Shown one piece after another: positions 37,745 through 48,300 of a DNA stretch of 64,000 nt; the stretch's first letter is position 1, and each line of letters starts with the position of its first letter. The notes beneath the pieces were generated by a model. The model searched no databases and was not told the origin of the DNA. It worked only from the letters and a program-made list of their open reading frames with translations. A program made the position numbers and the translations under genes. This DNA comes from Allomuricauda sp. (lineage in GTDB: Bacteria > Bacteroidota > Bacteroidia > Flavobacteriales > Flavobacteriaceae), in the NCBI GenBank assembly GCA_028280385.1, contig JANQLX010000002.1, forward strand, positions 249,726-313,725. Direction: 5' to 3'.

Positions 37745-39649
37745 TCAGTTATTCAAGGGTTGTAGGTTGAACAATTCCAAAATGGTGTTGGGGTCTTTTT
37801 CCTTGCGAAGCTTACGTTCCAATTTATGGGTATCTTCTTCCCGTAGTTCCAACATGCGTTTATGCAGTGCGCCAAGCAGTTGATTTAACTTGTCTGCCTT
37901 GGAACAATCCAGATTGCTGCCGGACTGATTTTGGATATAGGGGAGCAATACATTACGGTATGCCGCGGTGATTCTCTTTTTCACCTCCTCCTGCATCAGG
38001 TTGGCCATGAACGGATTCCAAACGTTATCCGTATAGGCTTCCTGGATCTCCAGTTCTTTTTCAGGCAATTGGGCCAGGTTCTGGGCCAGCTTTTTAAACG
38101 TTTCCAAACAGGTAACCAGACGTTTGGCCTCTTCCAATTTCCCTTCCGATGCCGTAGCGGAAGAATAGGTGTTCAGCTTGTTTTCAGCCAAGTCTTTAAT
38201 GTTCAAAATGGATTTGCCCCATGCCGCGGAAGAATCGATGGAATCCAGTTGTTGGTTCAACTCATTGATGTGGGCAATCATTTGTTCCTCCAAGGCCACA
38301 AACTCCTGTTGTTGTTGCTCGTTCTTTACCTTTTCATAAAGCACCCCGGCAATGTGATCCATACTTTGCTTTGCGTAGACCGACATTTGTCCCAATGACT
38401 TCATCATATCGCCGGCAAAATTGTAAGTGTGGTGGTCGGGGCCTTGATAGCTTCTCCCCTCCTGACCTACTTCAATGCTGGCGGAAGGTCTACCCTTTGG
38501 AAACAGTCGATTTGCCAATTGTTCCCTATTCACATAATCAAGCACTTGGTGTTCATTCAAGCGTATAACTTTTTTAAGTGGGCCAAGGAAAGTGTCATTG
38601 ATGGTCTTAACCGCCAAATAGAGAAACTCGGCCTCACTATCGGAACGTTTCAGTAAATTAAGTTGGGTGTTTTCCAGCAGACCGTTGGCCAGTTTGGAAG
38701 CTTGCGCATAATTTTCTTGGATGGAATCCAAAGCAGTCCGCTCTATTGAATCCAAGGGAAAGTAAGGCACTTTAGCCTTAAAGAGTGGCATAAATTGGGA
38801 TTCGCCCAATTGGGATAAAATGTCGTCCACCTTTTTATAATGCTCGCCATTTTCCCCCAAGAGCTTGTTGATTCCATCCTTTAGCAACGTAGCCTGTTCC
38901 TGCTCCAATTGAAGCTTCAGGATTTTGGAGAAGCGTTTATCCAGATTGACGGTCCTGGTGGCTTTAAAAGGTCCCAGGAAAATATCAAAGGATTGGCCCT
39001 CTTTTTGAATTTGGGTCAACACCCCTTCCTCAAAAGACCAGGTCTCCGTATTTTCATCACTAAACAACGTCCAGTCATCATGGGCCAAACCATCCCTTAA
39101 AAAACGGCCCACCAAAGTGCTTTGCCTGGCTTCAATTCGAAAACTTTGTTGTGGAACCCCATTGCTATAGGTAATCTGGCTGCTGAAAAGCGTTTCCTTG
39201 ACTTCCGAATCTTCAATAAGCTGTTCGGATATGGTCCAAAGTCCGTCCGGTTTTCCCATTGCAATGCTACCCTGCGCCCTATGTTGGGTACCATCCACAT
39301 TAATCCGATATTGATAGCCTACCACCTCGGTTTTTTGGTCCGATTCAAACTCGCCAAATTGAAAATCCCATGGTCCATTGGGAAAACCATTTTCAAAAAC
39401 ACCGAGGAAGGAGAAAGTTTTGTCTTTTTGATCTAACAGGGCGTCCAGATTGGACCGTTTCATACTGAACGGCCCTTGCAGCAAAGTGTCCCCATCAATT
39501 ATTTGATAGGTATAATCCACTTCGCCCACAAAGCTGCCTACTTGGAATGGTCCGGTATAACGCAGCTTTTCTTGCCCGAACATTGAGCAAGAAAGCAAAA
39601 GCCCCAACAATAAAACCGCCAAGTATTTTGGTTGTGTGGTTGGTTTCAC
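37745..39649 (-). CDS. secreted hypothetical protein with MORN-variant-like N-terminus and helical C-terminus
   Basis: GTG start; signal peptide; hairpin repeats FENGFPNGPW, MGKPDGLW, DGLAHDDW; long helical C-terminal half. Confidence 0.7.
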   Translation of the reverse strand: MKPTTQPKYLAVLLLGLLLSCSMFGQEKLRYTGPFQVGSFVGEVDYTYQIIDGDTLLQGPFSMKRSNLDALLDQKDKTFSFLGVFENGFPNGPWDFQFGEFESDQKTEVVGYQYRINVDGTQHRAQGSIAMGKPDGLWTISEQLIEDSEVKETLFSSQITYSNGVPQQSFRIEARQSTLVGRFLRDGLAHDDWTLFSDENTETWSFEEGVLTQIQKEGQSFDIFLGPFKATRTVNLDKRFSKILKLQLEQEQATLLKDGINKLLGENGEHYKKVDDILSQLGESQFMPLFKAKVPYFPLDSIERTALDSIQENYAQASKLANGLLENTQLNLLKRSDSEAEFLYLAVKTINDTFLGPLKKVIRLNEHQVLDYVNREQLANRLFPKGRPSASIEVGQEGRSYQGPDHHTYNFAGDMMKSLGQMSVYAKQSMDHIAGVLYEKVKNEQQQQEFVALEEQMIAHINELNQQLDSIDSSAAWGKSILNIKDLAENKLNTYSSATASEGKLEEAKRLVTCLETFKKLAQNLAQLPEKELEIQEAYTDNVWNPFMANLMQEEVKKRITAAYRNVLLPYIQNQSGSNLDCSKADKLNQLLGALHKRMLELREEDTHKLERKLRKEKDPNTILELFNLQPLNN

Positions 39650-39714
39650 GCAAATAGATATTTTGATGTTTAGTGTTCCCGCTTTTTACTTTCCATAAAA
39701 GCGCGATGCCCTAT

Positions 39715-39728
39715 ATACGTGAACGTAT
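39715..39728. promoter_or_regulatory. 14-bp palindrome upstream of the MORN/DUF2490 operon
   Basis: ATACGT-GA-ACGTAT, 65 bp upstream of GTG 39649. Confidence 0.3.
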
Positions 39729-39779
39729 GTACATTTGGATTGCGAGTCTAGGATTTTAATTTCAATATCCAGTCCCGGT

Positions 39780-40913
39780 TTACCACCAAGGTCGTAATTC
39801 TTGATTTTGGATGGAATCCAACGAAATTATGCTGCCTATTTCAGGGGCGATCAGGGGAATGCCCAAACTATTGGCTTTTTTGCTAACACGCTCAATGGGG
39901 TCTGTCCAGGAGTGAAGGGCCAATTTAAATCCACCCCAATGAATGGGCATGATGGTTTTTGCCCTCAAATCCATTCCGGCTTGTGCCGTTTCCTCTGGAA
40001 ACATATGGATATCTGGCCATAGTTTATTGTACTGACCGCATTCCAGCATGGCAAAATCAAATGGGCCATGGGCTTCTCCTATTTCCTTAAAATGATTGGA
40101 ATATCCGCTATCGCCACTAAAAAAGATTCGTTCTTCTTGCGATTTTATGACCCATGATGCCCAAAGGGTGCTCTGTCCGTTGTTCATTTTACGTCCGGAA
40201 AAATGTTGGGCCGGTGTACAAACAAATTCCAGGTTCCCAAATTTGGTATCCTGCCACCAATCCATTTCATGAATACTATCCTTGGATACTCCCCACGCTT
40301 CCAAATGGACACCAACCCCCAATGGCACATAGAATTGGTCCACTTTATCCTTTAGTTTTTTAATGGATTCATAATCCAAATGATCATAATGGTCATGGGA
40401 AATCAAAACAGCATCAATATGTGGTAGCTTTTCAATGGATATGGGCAATTCTGGGTTAAAACGCTTGGAACCCATCATAGGATGAGGTGCTGGTACCGGC
40501 CCCAACATCGGGTCTAGCAAGACGGTCTTCCCCTCCATTTGGAGCAAAAAAGCCGAATGTCCAAACCAGACCAATCGAGTCCCAGATTCATGGGTAACTA
40601 CTTCAACAGAATCTACTCTGTGCATGGGCGGCTCTTTCTCAGGCCTACCATTTTCTACCTTTTCAAAAAAGAATTTCCGGGCTATGGACAGCATCTCCCA
40701 AAAACTGGTTTCTTTGGGCACATCTTTGGTATTTTTAAAAAGTCCATCCCGGAACTGCCTTGAGGAAGCATATACTTTTTGTCGGTCTTCAGAGACATCC
40801 CCACCAAAAGAAGGGTAATAATTGACAAAGGCAAAATACGCCAAAATAAAGACCACTATTAGAATTCCTATGGATAGCAACATGCGTTTTAGATATTTTA
40901 GGATTTTTTTCAA
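39780..40913 (-). CDS. MBL-fold metallo-hydrolase (RomA/NAPE-PLD-like), membrane anchored
   Basis: SHDHYDHLD, QHFSGR, FSGDSGY, PIHWG. Start uncertain (TTG 40913, TTG 40940 or ATG 40883). Confidence 0.88.
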   Translation of the reverse strand: MKKILKYLKRMLLSIGILIVVFILAYFAFVNYYPSFGGDVSEDRQKVYASSRQFRDGLFKNTKDVPKETSFWEMLSIARKFFFEKVENGRPEKEPPMHRVDSVEVVTHESGTRLVWFGHSAFLLQMEGKTVLLDPMLGPVPAPHPMMGSKRFNPELPISIEKLPHIDAVLISHDHYDHLDYESIKKLKDKVDQFYVPLGVGVHLEAWGVSKDSIHEMDWWQDTKFGNLEFVCTPAQHFSGRKMNNGQSTLWASWVIKSQEERIFFSGDSGYSNHFKEIGEAHGPFDFAMLECGQYNKLWPDIHMFPEETAQAGMDLRAKTIMPIHWGGFKLALHSWTDPIERVSKKANSLGIPLIAPEIGSIISLDSIQNQELRPWW

Positions 40914-40923
40914 GGTGAGGGTA

Positions 40924-41592
40924 TTAATTGGTTTGGGCAAGGTTATTTATATCCTTGTTTTCCAGATGTTTTACATCTTGTGAATTGAAAAGCGTATGGA
41001 TCATAGCGTGCCCAATTCGGGTGGTGGTTGTAATGTTCTTGGACTTTTTCATCCATGGGAAAAAGGGTCGGGTAATCACGTAAAATGCATTGTACCAACC
41101 GGTGCGGGATTTAACCCCTCTTTCTGGAAGTATTCCACCTGGCCTAAAGGCATAAGCGTCTTTAAATCCTTTGTTTAAGACATAGTTCTCTGTTTTCCCT
41201 TTTACCCGGGCCCACATGGAGCGGCCTTTTTCTGAGCTGTCCGTTCCGGTGCCAGAGACATAATTAAAAATCATTTCAGGGTTCAGTGCAAACAGAACAT
41301 CCACAAATTTTTTGGTGATATCATATGTGATCCTAGTATAAGTTGCCTCATTTAATCCCAATACTGATACCCCCATGCAGAAAAAGCAGGCATCATATCC
41401 ACCAAGTTCGTCCTTGACCTTGTCCAAATCCATAAAATCCTTCAACAATATCTCTTTGAGCTTGGGGTGGCTAAGTTCAAGGGAATTGCGATTGACAACC
41501 AATACTTCTGATATGGATTCATGATCCAAACATTCCAACAATACCCCTTTGCCCACCATTCCTGTGGCGCCGGTAATAATTACTTTTTTCAT
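40924..41592 (-). CDS. NAD(P)-binding epimerase/atypical SDR family protein
   Basis: ITGATGMVG, WARVKGKTEN. Confidence 0.85.
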   Translation of the reverse strand: MKKVIITGATGMVGKGVLLECLDHESISEVLVVNRNSLELSHPKLKEILLKDFMDLDKVKDELGGYDACFFCMGVSVLGLNEATYTRITYDITKKFVDVLFALNPEMIFNYVSGTGTDSSEKGRSMWARVKGKTENYVLNKGFKDAYAFRPGGILPERGVKSRTGWYNAFYVITRPFFPWMKKSKNITTTTRIGHAMIHTLFNSQDVKHLENKDINNLAQTN

Positions 41593-41596
41593 TTTC

Positions 41597-42505
41597 TTAG
41601 TTCTGGGTTCTATATTGGGCCGGGCTCATGCCGGTTTTGGCCTTAAATAGTTTACTGAAGTGCTGCGGGTATTCAAACCCAAGGTCGTAGGCAATTTCAC
41701 TTATGGAATCCGTGGTGCCCAAAAGATTGGTTTTGGCGCGGTTTACCACAAAATTATGGATGTGGTCCTTGGCACTTTTTCCCGTTTCTTTCTTTAGCAG
41801 GTCACTTAAATAATTGGGCGACATGTGGAGTTGTTCCCCACAATATTTCACCGAAGGCACTCCCATTTCAGATGGTTTGCCCGAATTGAAATATTCCCGT
41901 AAAAGGGTTTCAAACTGACCCACATGGTCTTGGTTGAGGTTGGTGCGCACATAAAATTGACGATCGTAATATCGGGTGCTATAGTTTAGTATCAATTCAA
42001 TGTTGGAAACGATAAGTTTTTGACTGTGCTTATCAATGTTCTGTTGATACTCCAGTACAATCTTGCGAACCAGGTCGCTGACCATCAATTGTTCCTCTTC
42101 CGAAAGATGAAGTGCCTCATTGACCTCATAATCAAAAAAGGAATATTGTCCAATGGATTTTCCAAGTTCCGACCTTCTGATCAAATCCGGATGAAACAAC
42201 AACATCCAGCCTTTGGAGTCGGCACAAATATTTTCTGTGGTCCCATAAATAACCTGATGCGGTTTCATAAAAACCATGGTGCCATCCGAAAAATCGTAGG
42301 AATTCCTCCCGTATTGAATGGAACCTTCCACCCCATCCTTTAAGGAAACCATAAAGAGTTCCGAGGTAAAGCGAACCCCTTCAAAGTCCATATAGGTAGG
42401 ACAGTCTTTCATAAAGATAACCGTGACCAAGGGATGTTTAGGTTTTGGAAAGCCCATCATCTCATGGATTTTTTCTACGGATTCAATATGGATAATCTCA
42501 TTCAT
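41597..42505 (-). CDS. AraC family transcriptional regulator
   Basis: FHPDL...YSFFDY.VNEALHLS; ISEIAYDLGFEYPQHFSKLFK. Confidence 0.93.
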   Translation of the reverse strand: MNEIIHIESVEKIHEMMGFPKPKHPLVTVIFMKDCPTYMDFEGVRFTSELFMVSLKDGVEGSIQYGRNSYDFSDGTMVFMKPHQVIYGTTENICADSKGWMLLFHPDLIRRSELGKSIGQYSFFDYEVNEALHLSEEEQLMVSDLVRKIVLEYQQNIDKHSQKLIVSNIELILNYSTRYYDRQFYVRTNLNQDHVGQFETLLREYFNSGKPSEMGVPSVKYCGEQLHMSPNYLSDLLKKETGKSAKDHIHNFVVNRAKTNLLGTTDSISEIAYDLGFEYPQHFSKLFKAKTGMSPAQYRTQN

Positions 42506-42543
42506 TGTCTTCTAAATTACGTAAATCCGTTGGCTTTAACCCC

Positions 42544-42564
42544 CGCCCGAAACGAGTTCGGGCG
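42544..42564. repeat. GC-rich REP-like hairpin
   Basis: CGCCCGAA-ACGAG-TTCGGGCG, a perfect 8-bp stem in the intergenic region. Confidence 0.5.
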
Positions 42565-42599
42565 ACGGTATCAACCAACCATTGACCAACATCAAATTT

Positions 42600-43433
42600 T
42601 TAAGCGCTTTTGGCTGCATTTCCCATCATACGGATGATGGTACGATCAAAGAACCGGTCGCTGAACCATTTTCTAAAGAACAGGGTTTGGGCTGCCATTT
42701 TCCCTGCGGCATATCTGGTTTTGGGTCTATCTGCCCTTACCGCTTTGGAAATTACATCCGCAATAACGGCCGGCGGGGAGCTTTTCCCAGGGCTGTAGGT
42801 GTCTTCCACCGCGGCAGTGATCAAATTGGCCATATCTGAATAGGCCCCGTCCATGGAGCGGGAAAAGTTATCGTTCATCACATCTCCAAACTCGGTTCTG
42901 ATGGCTCCCGGTTCCACAATAACAACGTCAATCCCAAATTTTTCCACTTCCAAGCGCAAACAGTCGCTCCAGCCTTCCAAGGCGTGTTTGGTGGCATGGT
43001 ACCAGGCCCCAAGCGGACTGTAAATTTTACCTCCAATGGAACTAATATTGATTATAGTGCCGCTTTTTTGTTTACGCATGGTGGGCAAAACGGCCTTTGT
43101 TACTTCGGCCAAGCCAAAGATGTTGACTTCAAACTGGCGTTTGGCATCCTCGTAGGAAACATCCTCAACGGCGCCCCAGATGGCAAATCCAGCGTTGTTT
43201 ACCAATACATCCACACGATTTTCCTTTCTAACAATATCGGCAATAACAGCTTTTACCTGATCGTGTTTTGTAACGTCCATAGACATGGCCTTACCGCCGG
43301 CCTTGATCAAATCCTGCATGTTTTCCACCCTTCTGGCCAATCCGTATACCGTATGGCCTTCCTTGATGAATTGTAATGCGGTTTCCTTTCCAATACCGGA
43401 TGAAGCCCCGGTAACTATAATTACTTTTTTCAT
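42600..43433 (-). CDS. short-chain dehydrogenase/reductase
   Basis: TGASSGIG, NNAG, YHATK (YxxxK); ATG 43433. Confidence 0.93.
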   Translation of the reverse strand: MKKVIIVTGASSGIGKETALQFIKEGHTVYGLARRVENMQDLIKAGGKAMSMDVTKHDQVKAVIADIVRKENRVDVLVNNAGFAIWGAVEDVSYEDAKRQFEVNIFGLAEVTKAVLPTMRKQKSGTIINISSIGGKIYSPLGAWYHATKHALEGWSDCLRLEVEKFGIDVVIVEPGAIRTEFGDVMNDNFSRSMDGAYSDMANLITAAVEDTYSPGKSSPPAVIADVISKAVRADRPKTRYAAGKMAAQTLFFRKWFSDRFFDRTIIRMMGNAAKSA

Positions 43434-43502
43434 GATATATATTTTGATGAAATGGTTGCTTTTCAATTACATGACAAAAGTAGATGGGCGATTATCCATG
43501 AA

Positions 43503-43531
43503 CGTATACATTTTCCAGAATGGCGTATACA
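43503..43531 (-). promoter_or_regulatory. tandem direct repeat with 21-bp period, candidate AraC operator
   Basis: CGTATACA at 43503 and 43524, 70 bp upstream of the SDR start. Confidence 0.5.
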
Positions 43532-43828
43532 AATTACTGATGGGAGATTGAGTCTGTAGTTTATGATCGTTAGTCTATGGTTTTGGTTATTGGGAATTGT
43601 CCATTGATGATTATAACCCAAGGGCTTGTAGCGATGTTCAAAATTTAATATGGCCACCAAATATTTGTAGGTTTTTCCGCTTGTTTTTGAGGTAATTTCC
43701 GATTCCAATCAAAATATTTAGTAACTTAAAATTCTTAACTACAACATTTTATTTTCCCCTATTTTCAAGATTTCCGTTGCTTGAAAAGCAAATGAAATAC
43801 GGATATAACAACTTTAAATAAGGAGAAC

Positions 43829-44521
43829 ATGAAAATCACGTACACTTTTTTATCAGTTCAAACTTCTAGGCCACGACTATTGGTTCAGTTTAATTTACCG
43901 AAGATGGTACTGGCATTCTTTTTACCATTATTGTTTTTAGGTTGCGAAACATTGGAAGACCCGGAACCTTTTGGGACGGCCAGTTTACAGGAACCAGAGG
44001 TGGAAAGTGACTTTCTTCAAAATTGGCTTGAAAACAATGAACTCATGGCCTATGTCATGGAAAACGATGATGCAATTTATGTGGATGATGCCTATGTTGA
44101 TGACATAAAGGAATCCTTGGAAGCTACCGTGGACAACGGAGTTTGGTTGTACCAAAACAGTAAAGGCGATTCTCTTAAAAGGAATCAACAGCCACTGAAT
44201 ATAAAAGATTATGCAAATAGGGTAGCCATTGTTAAGTGGTCCTTTGCCCGAGGCTACCAATGTCAGGAATTACCCAAAGGGTACAAACTACCAATCCATA
44301 GGGCCGGAGACCGAAACAGGAAAATTGTGGCGGCCTACGAGCTCACCGAGAAAGGAAGCTGGTGTGTGGACAACCGACGATACCGATGCAAGTTTGGCTG
44401 GAAAAAAGTTACTGCCCGGTTTATCAAGGTCAACCGAAATGGAAAGCTCAGAAAAAAGAACGGCGAATATATTCGATATCCAGAAGCCAGCATGAACTTG
44501 ATGGTATGCACCAACGACTAA
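43829..44521 (+). CDS. hypothetical lipoprotein
   Basis: Lipobox LLFLGC; AAGGAG precedes ATG 43829 (alternative ATG 43904). Confidence 0.7.
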   Translation: MKITYTFLSVQTSRPRLLVQFNLPKMVLAFFLPLLFLGCETLEDPEPFGTASLQEPEVESDFLQNWLENNELMAYVMENDDAIYVDDAYVDDIKESLEATVDNGVWLYQNSKGDSLKRNQQPLNIKDYANRVAIVKWSFARGYQCQELPKGYKLPIHRAGDRNRKIVAAYELTEKGSWCVDNRRYRCKFGWKKVTARFIKVNRNGKLRKKNGEYIRYPEASMNLMVCTND

Positions 44522-44550
44522 GGACTTTTTGAATAATTAAATACACCAAC

Positions 44551-45123
44551 ATGTCTATTTACAAAAGCATACAACTTGTTATTGTGCTTATTCTGCTCTC
44601 TGGTATGAACCTGGGATGCACGCCCAGAAAAAAGGCACCAATCGACCTTTTCCCAAAATCGGTTAACGTAGCAAAGGATAGCTCCGCTACCACCGAGATT
44701 ACCCTGAACTGGGGATTTGCATCACGGAACAACCCCATTTATGAATTTGATATTGCAGTGGACATTGATGGTAGGCCAGTAAATACCGGGAGGGTTAAAA
44801 TTGAAGCTAAAAATGACCCAGCTTCTTGTTCTGGAAACGGAAACTGCAGCACAAAATCCTGTCCACAAATTAAAATTACCTATAACATTTTCGGGGAGGA
44901 AGAACAATGGGAATGGGATGGCACCTGTACCAGTTTTAGTGATATAGCAGGAGATCCCAACTTGAACGATGAGTGTTATTGCAGTTATGCTTCAAGAAGT
45001 AGTTGTAAATATATCATCAGTGTCCCGGAGCCTTCCGGAGAGGTTGTTACCATCACCATAGACCCTAAAAATGAAGTTCAAGAAATAGTGGAGGACAATA
45101 ACAGTATTGAAGTCCAGCTTTAG
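44551..45123 (+). CDS. Cys-rich lipoprotein with CARDB-like C-terminal motif
   Basis: Lipobox MNLGC; IDPKNEVQEIVEDNN matches the CARDB DPxNxVxExxExNN pattern. Confidence 0.7.
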   Translation: MSIYKSIQLVIVLILLSGMNLGCTPRKKAPIDLFPKSVNVAKDSSATTEITLNWGFASRNNPIYEFDIAVDIDGRPVNTGRVKIEAKNDPASCSGNGNCSTKSCPQIKITYNIFGEEEQWEWDGTCTSFSDIAGDPNLNDECYCSYASRSSCKYIISVPEPSGEVVTITIDPKNEVQEIVEDNNSIEVQL

Positions 45124-45375
45124 CCAAAGCACGATATCCATTTCGTAAAAATTTCTTCCGTCAATCCACCGATCCATAGATATAATCCAGGGTGTTTTTG
45201 GAAATAAACTTGCTTGATCCTTCCTCAGGGGGCAGGCGGGTAGATACATTTTCCAGCATATTGCACCAAATTATGACTATGTTCTTCGAAACGAAGGCAT
45301 TGCACCGCCAAAAAATACACGGACAGACCACAAACACCTGTAAATTTTGTACATTGATAACTAAAACAACCTCCC

Positions 45376-48300
45376 GTGATAAGTGATTTGATCAACAAAG
45401 GAATTCAGAGTTACAATGCCGGTCGATATGACGAAGCCATATCCTATTTTTCACAAGCCGCAGCCCAAGACCCAACCAATGCCAGCTGTTATGGGAATCT
45501 GGGATCTTGCTATCATATGAAGAAGGATTACCCGCAGGCCATAACCCATTTCCAAAAAGCCCTTTCACTGAACCCAAACCACGTACCGGCCTTAAAATCT
45601 TTGGGCAATGTTTACTTTGAAACCCATAAGGACGACAATGCCCTTGAATGTTATATAAAAGCCATAGCACTGGAACCTTCTGACCCGAACACCCATCATT
45701 ATATGGGCGTGATCTATGCCAACAAACAGATTTACACCAAGGCTGCCGAATCCTATGAAAAAGCCGCCCTGTTGGCTCCCAAACCGGAGACTTACAATGA
45801 ATTGGCCAATGCCCATTTTAAAATGTTCGAATTTGACATTGCCGCGCAGTATTTTGAGAAGGCAATGCATCTAAAACCATCCGACCCGCTGTACCAAAAC
45901 AATCTTAAAACAGCACAGGAGGCCCAAACCAACTTTTCCGTGGACCTTCCTAAACTGCGGTCACAGCAATTCAATGAAAAAGGAAATTCCTATCACCGTA
46001 ACGGAGAATACGACCAGGCAATCTTCTATTACCAAAAGGCCACTTTAGAGGCCCCCAATGATCCCGTACTGCAAAGAAACCTTGCTGGGAGTTATACCGC
46101 CAAAAAAAATGACGAAGGGGCACTACCTGCCTATTTAAGGGCCGTGGAAATTGACCCCAATGACGGAAACACCTACAATGATTTAGGTTGCTGCCTCATC
46201 CGATTAAACCGGTTCAAGGAAGCCATTGATGCCTTTTACAAGGCCCTGGCCATAGACCCCAACAACACCTATTACCGTCAAAATATTGACTACGCCAGGC
46301 AGCAAGACCAACTAAGTCCGGATCAAATAGATGCCCTTAAGGAAGCCAACAGGCTCAATCAAATAGGAACCGACCTCTTTAGCCAGGCCAAATACCAGGA
46401 AGCGTTGGGATATTACCAAAGGGCGGTTGACCTTAACCCAAAGGACGCCATTCTTGTATTCAATTTGGCCAATGCCCTTTTTAACCTTGGTAGACAGGAA
46501 GAAAGTCTCCCCCTTTTAAAAAGATCCCTGGAACTGGATCCCACCAATCTATCCACCCTAAATTTGATGGGAAATATCCAAACTCATTTCAAACAATTCG
46601 ACGAGGCCATAGCTACCTACCAAAAGGCACTCAGTTTTAAGGAAGATGCTGAGGCCTACAACAATCTGGGTAGCTGTTACTTTTCCATGCACCAATATGG
46701 GAAGGCAGCAGAGTTTTTTCAAAAGGCTTTGGATCTTAGTCCTGATAACGAAATTTATAAGACCAACGTCCAAATAGCACGATCCAATGAAAAAGTCTAC
46801 AGTGGATTGCCCCCGGAGGTAGTGCAAGAGGCCATGGCGATCAACCAACAAGCCATGAATGCCTACAACCAAAAGGACTATTCCCTTGCAGTAACACTTT
46901 TTGCCAAATATTTGGAGCAATTGCCCAATGATCCCCTTGGCAATTATAATCTGGCCACGGCCTATCATGCCCAACGGGCGTATGATGCCTCCATCGAGTA
47001 TTATGAAAAAGCACTAAAGTTAGACCCTAAATATGCGGATGCGGCCAACGCGCTGGGTAACGCATTTAGGGACAAGGGAGATAATAAAAAAGCCGTAAAA
47101 GCTTATGAAAAAGCATTGGACCTAAACCCCTCCCATGCAGCAACGCATAAAGATTTGGGATTCCTATATTTTAAGCAAGACGAGTTTAAAAAGGCCATTG
47201 CCCATTATTTAAAAGCCTCAGAACTGTTGCCAGATGCACATGACATCCATAACCAGTTGGGCTTTTGCTACTTTAAACTCTACGGGTTTACTAAGGCGGC
47301 ATCGTATTTTCAGAAAGCAGCGGATTTGGAGCCTGGCAATCCCACATATAAAGACAACTTAAATGCGGCATTGGCTGAAAAGGAAAAGCATGGCGATGAA
47401 CTGGATATGTCAGACAAACCGTCGTTGGATGAAGTCATGAAAGAAGTCAATGCCATGATTGGATTGGGCAACATAAAGCAGGACATTGACACGCTCACCA
47501 AATTCACCAAAATAGAAAAATTACGCAGGGAGAAAGGCCTCTCCAAAAACCCAATCAGTATGCACACGGTATTCTTGGGGCCTCCAGGAACTGGGAAAAC
47601 CACCGTGGCACGTTTGCTGGGCAAGATTTATCATGCCTTGGGTGTCTTATCAAGTGGCCACGTGGTGGAAGTGGACCGTTCGCAATTGGTAGCATCCTTT
47701 GTGGGACAGACCGCCCAAAAAACCAATGAGATCATTGATCAAGCCCTTGGTGGAATCCTTTTTATTGATGAGGCCTATACTTTGAACAAGGGAGACTCCG
47801 TGGATTATGGTGTAGAGGCCATTGACACCCTACTGAAAAGAATGGAAGACGACCGGGATAAATTGATGGTCATTGTGGCGGGGTACCCCCTACCCATGCA
47901 AAACTTTTTGGAAGCCAATCCAGGACTGCGGTCACGGTTCAACCGCTACTTCAATTTCATGGATTACAAGCCTGAAGAGCTTCTTGATATCTTTAGATTG
48001 TTCTGTTCCAACAATTCCATGTCCATTCATGATGATGCGGAGCAAAAACTCTTTAGATATTTCAAATACCTTCATGAAACCAAGGATGAGACCTTTGGCA
48101 ATGCCCGGATGGTACGGAATTCTTTCGAAAAAATCATTCAGGCCCAATCTCTCAGACTTTCAGATTATGGACATATCCCAGATGACGTTCTTTCCACTTT
48201 GACATTAAAAGACGTGGACAACGCGTTGGCGCATGATTTCCAAGAAACCACGGAGGAATCCTTGGAAGAGGTCTTGGCGGAAGTAGAAAAGTTGGTGGGA

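Noticed and set aside
22541-40913. Antibiotic-resistance beta-lactamases (serine hydrolase 22541-24550; MBL-fold 39780-40913)
   Set aside because: Only fold-level motifs are present; the domain architectures fit esterase/peptidase and RomA/NAPE-PLD-like families.
43463-43708. 81-aa minus-strand ORF in the AT-rich gap
   Set aside because: No motif; it overlaps the candidate SDR promoter/operator, so it is likely non-coding.
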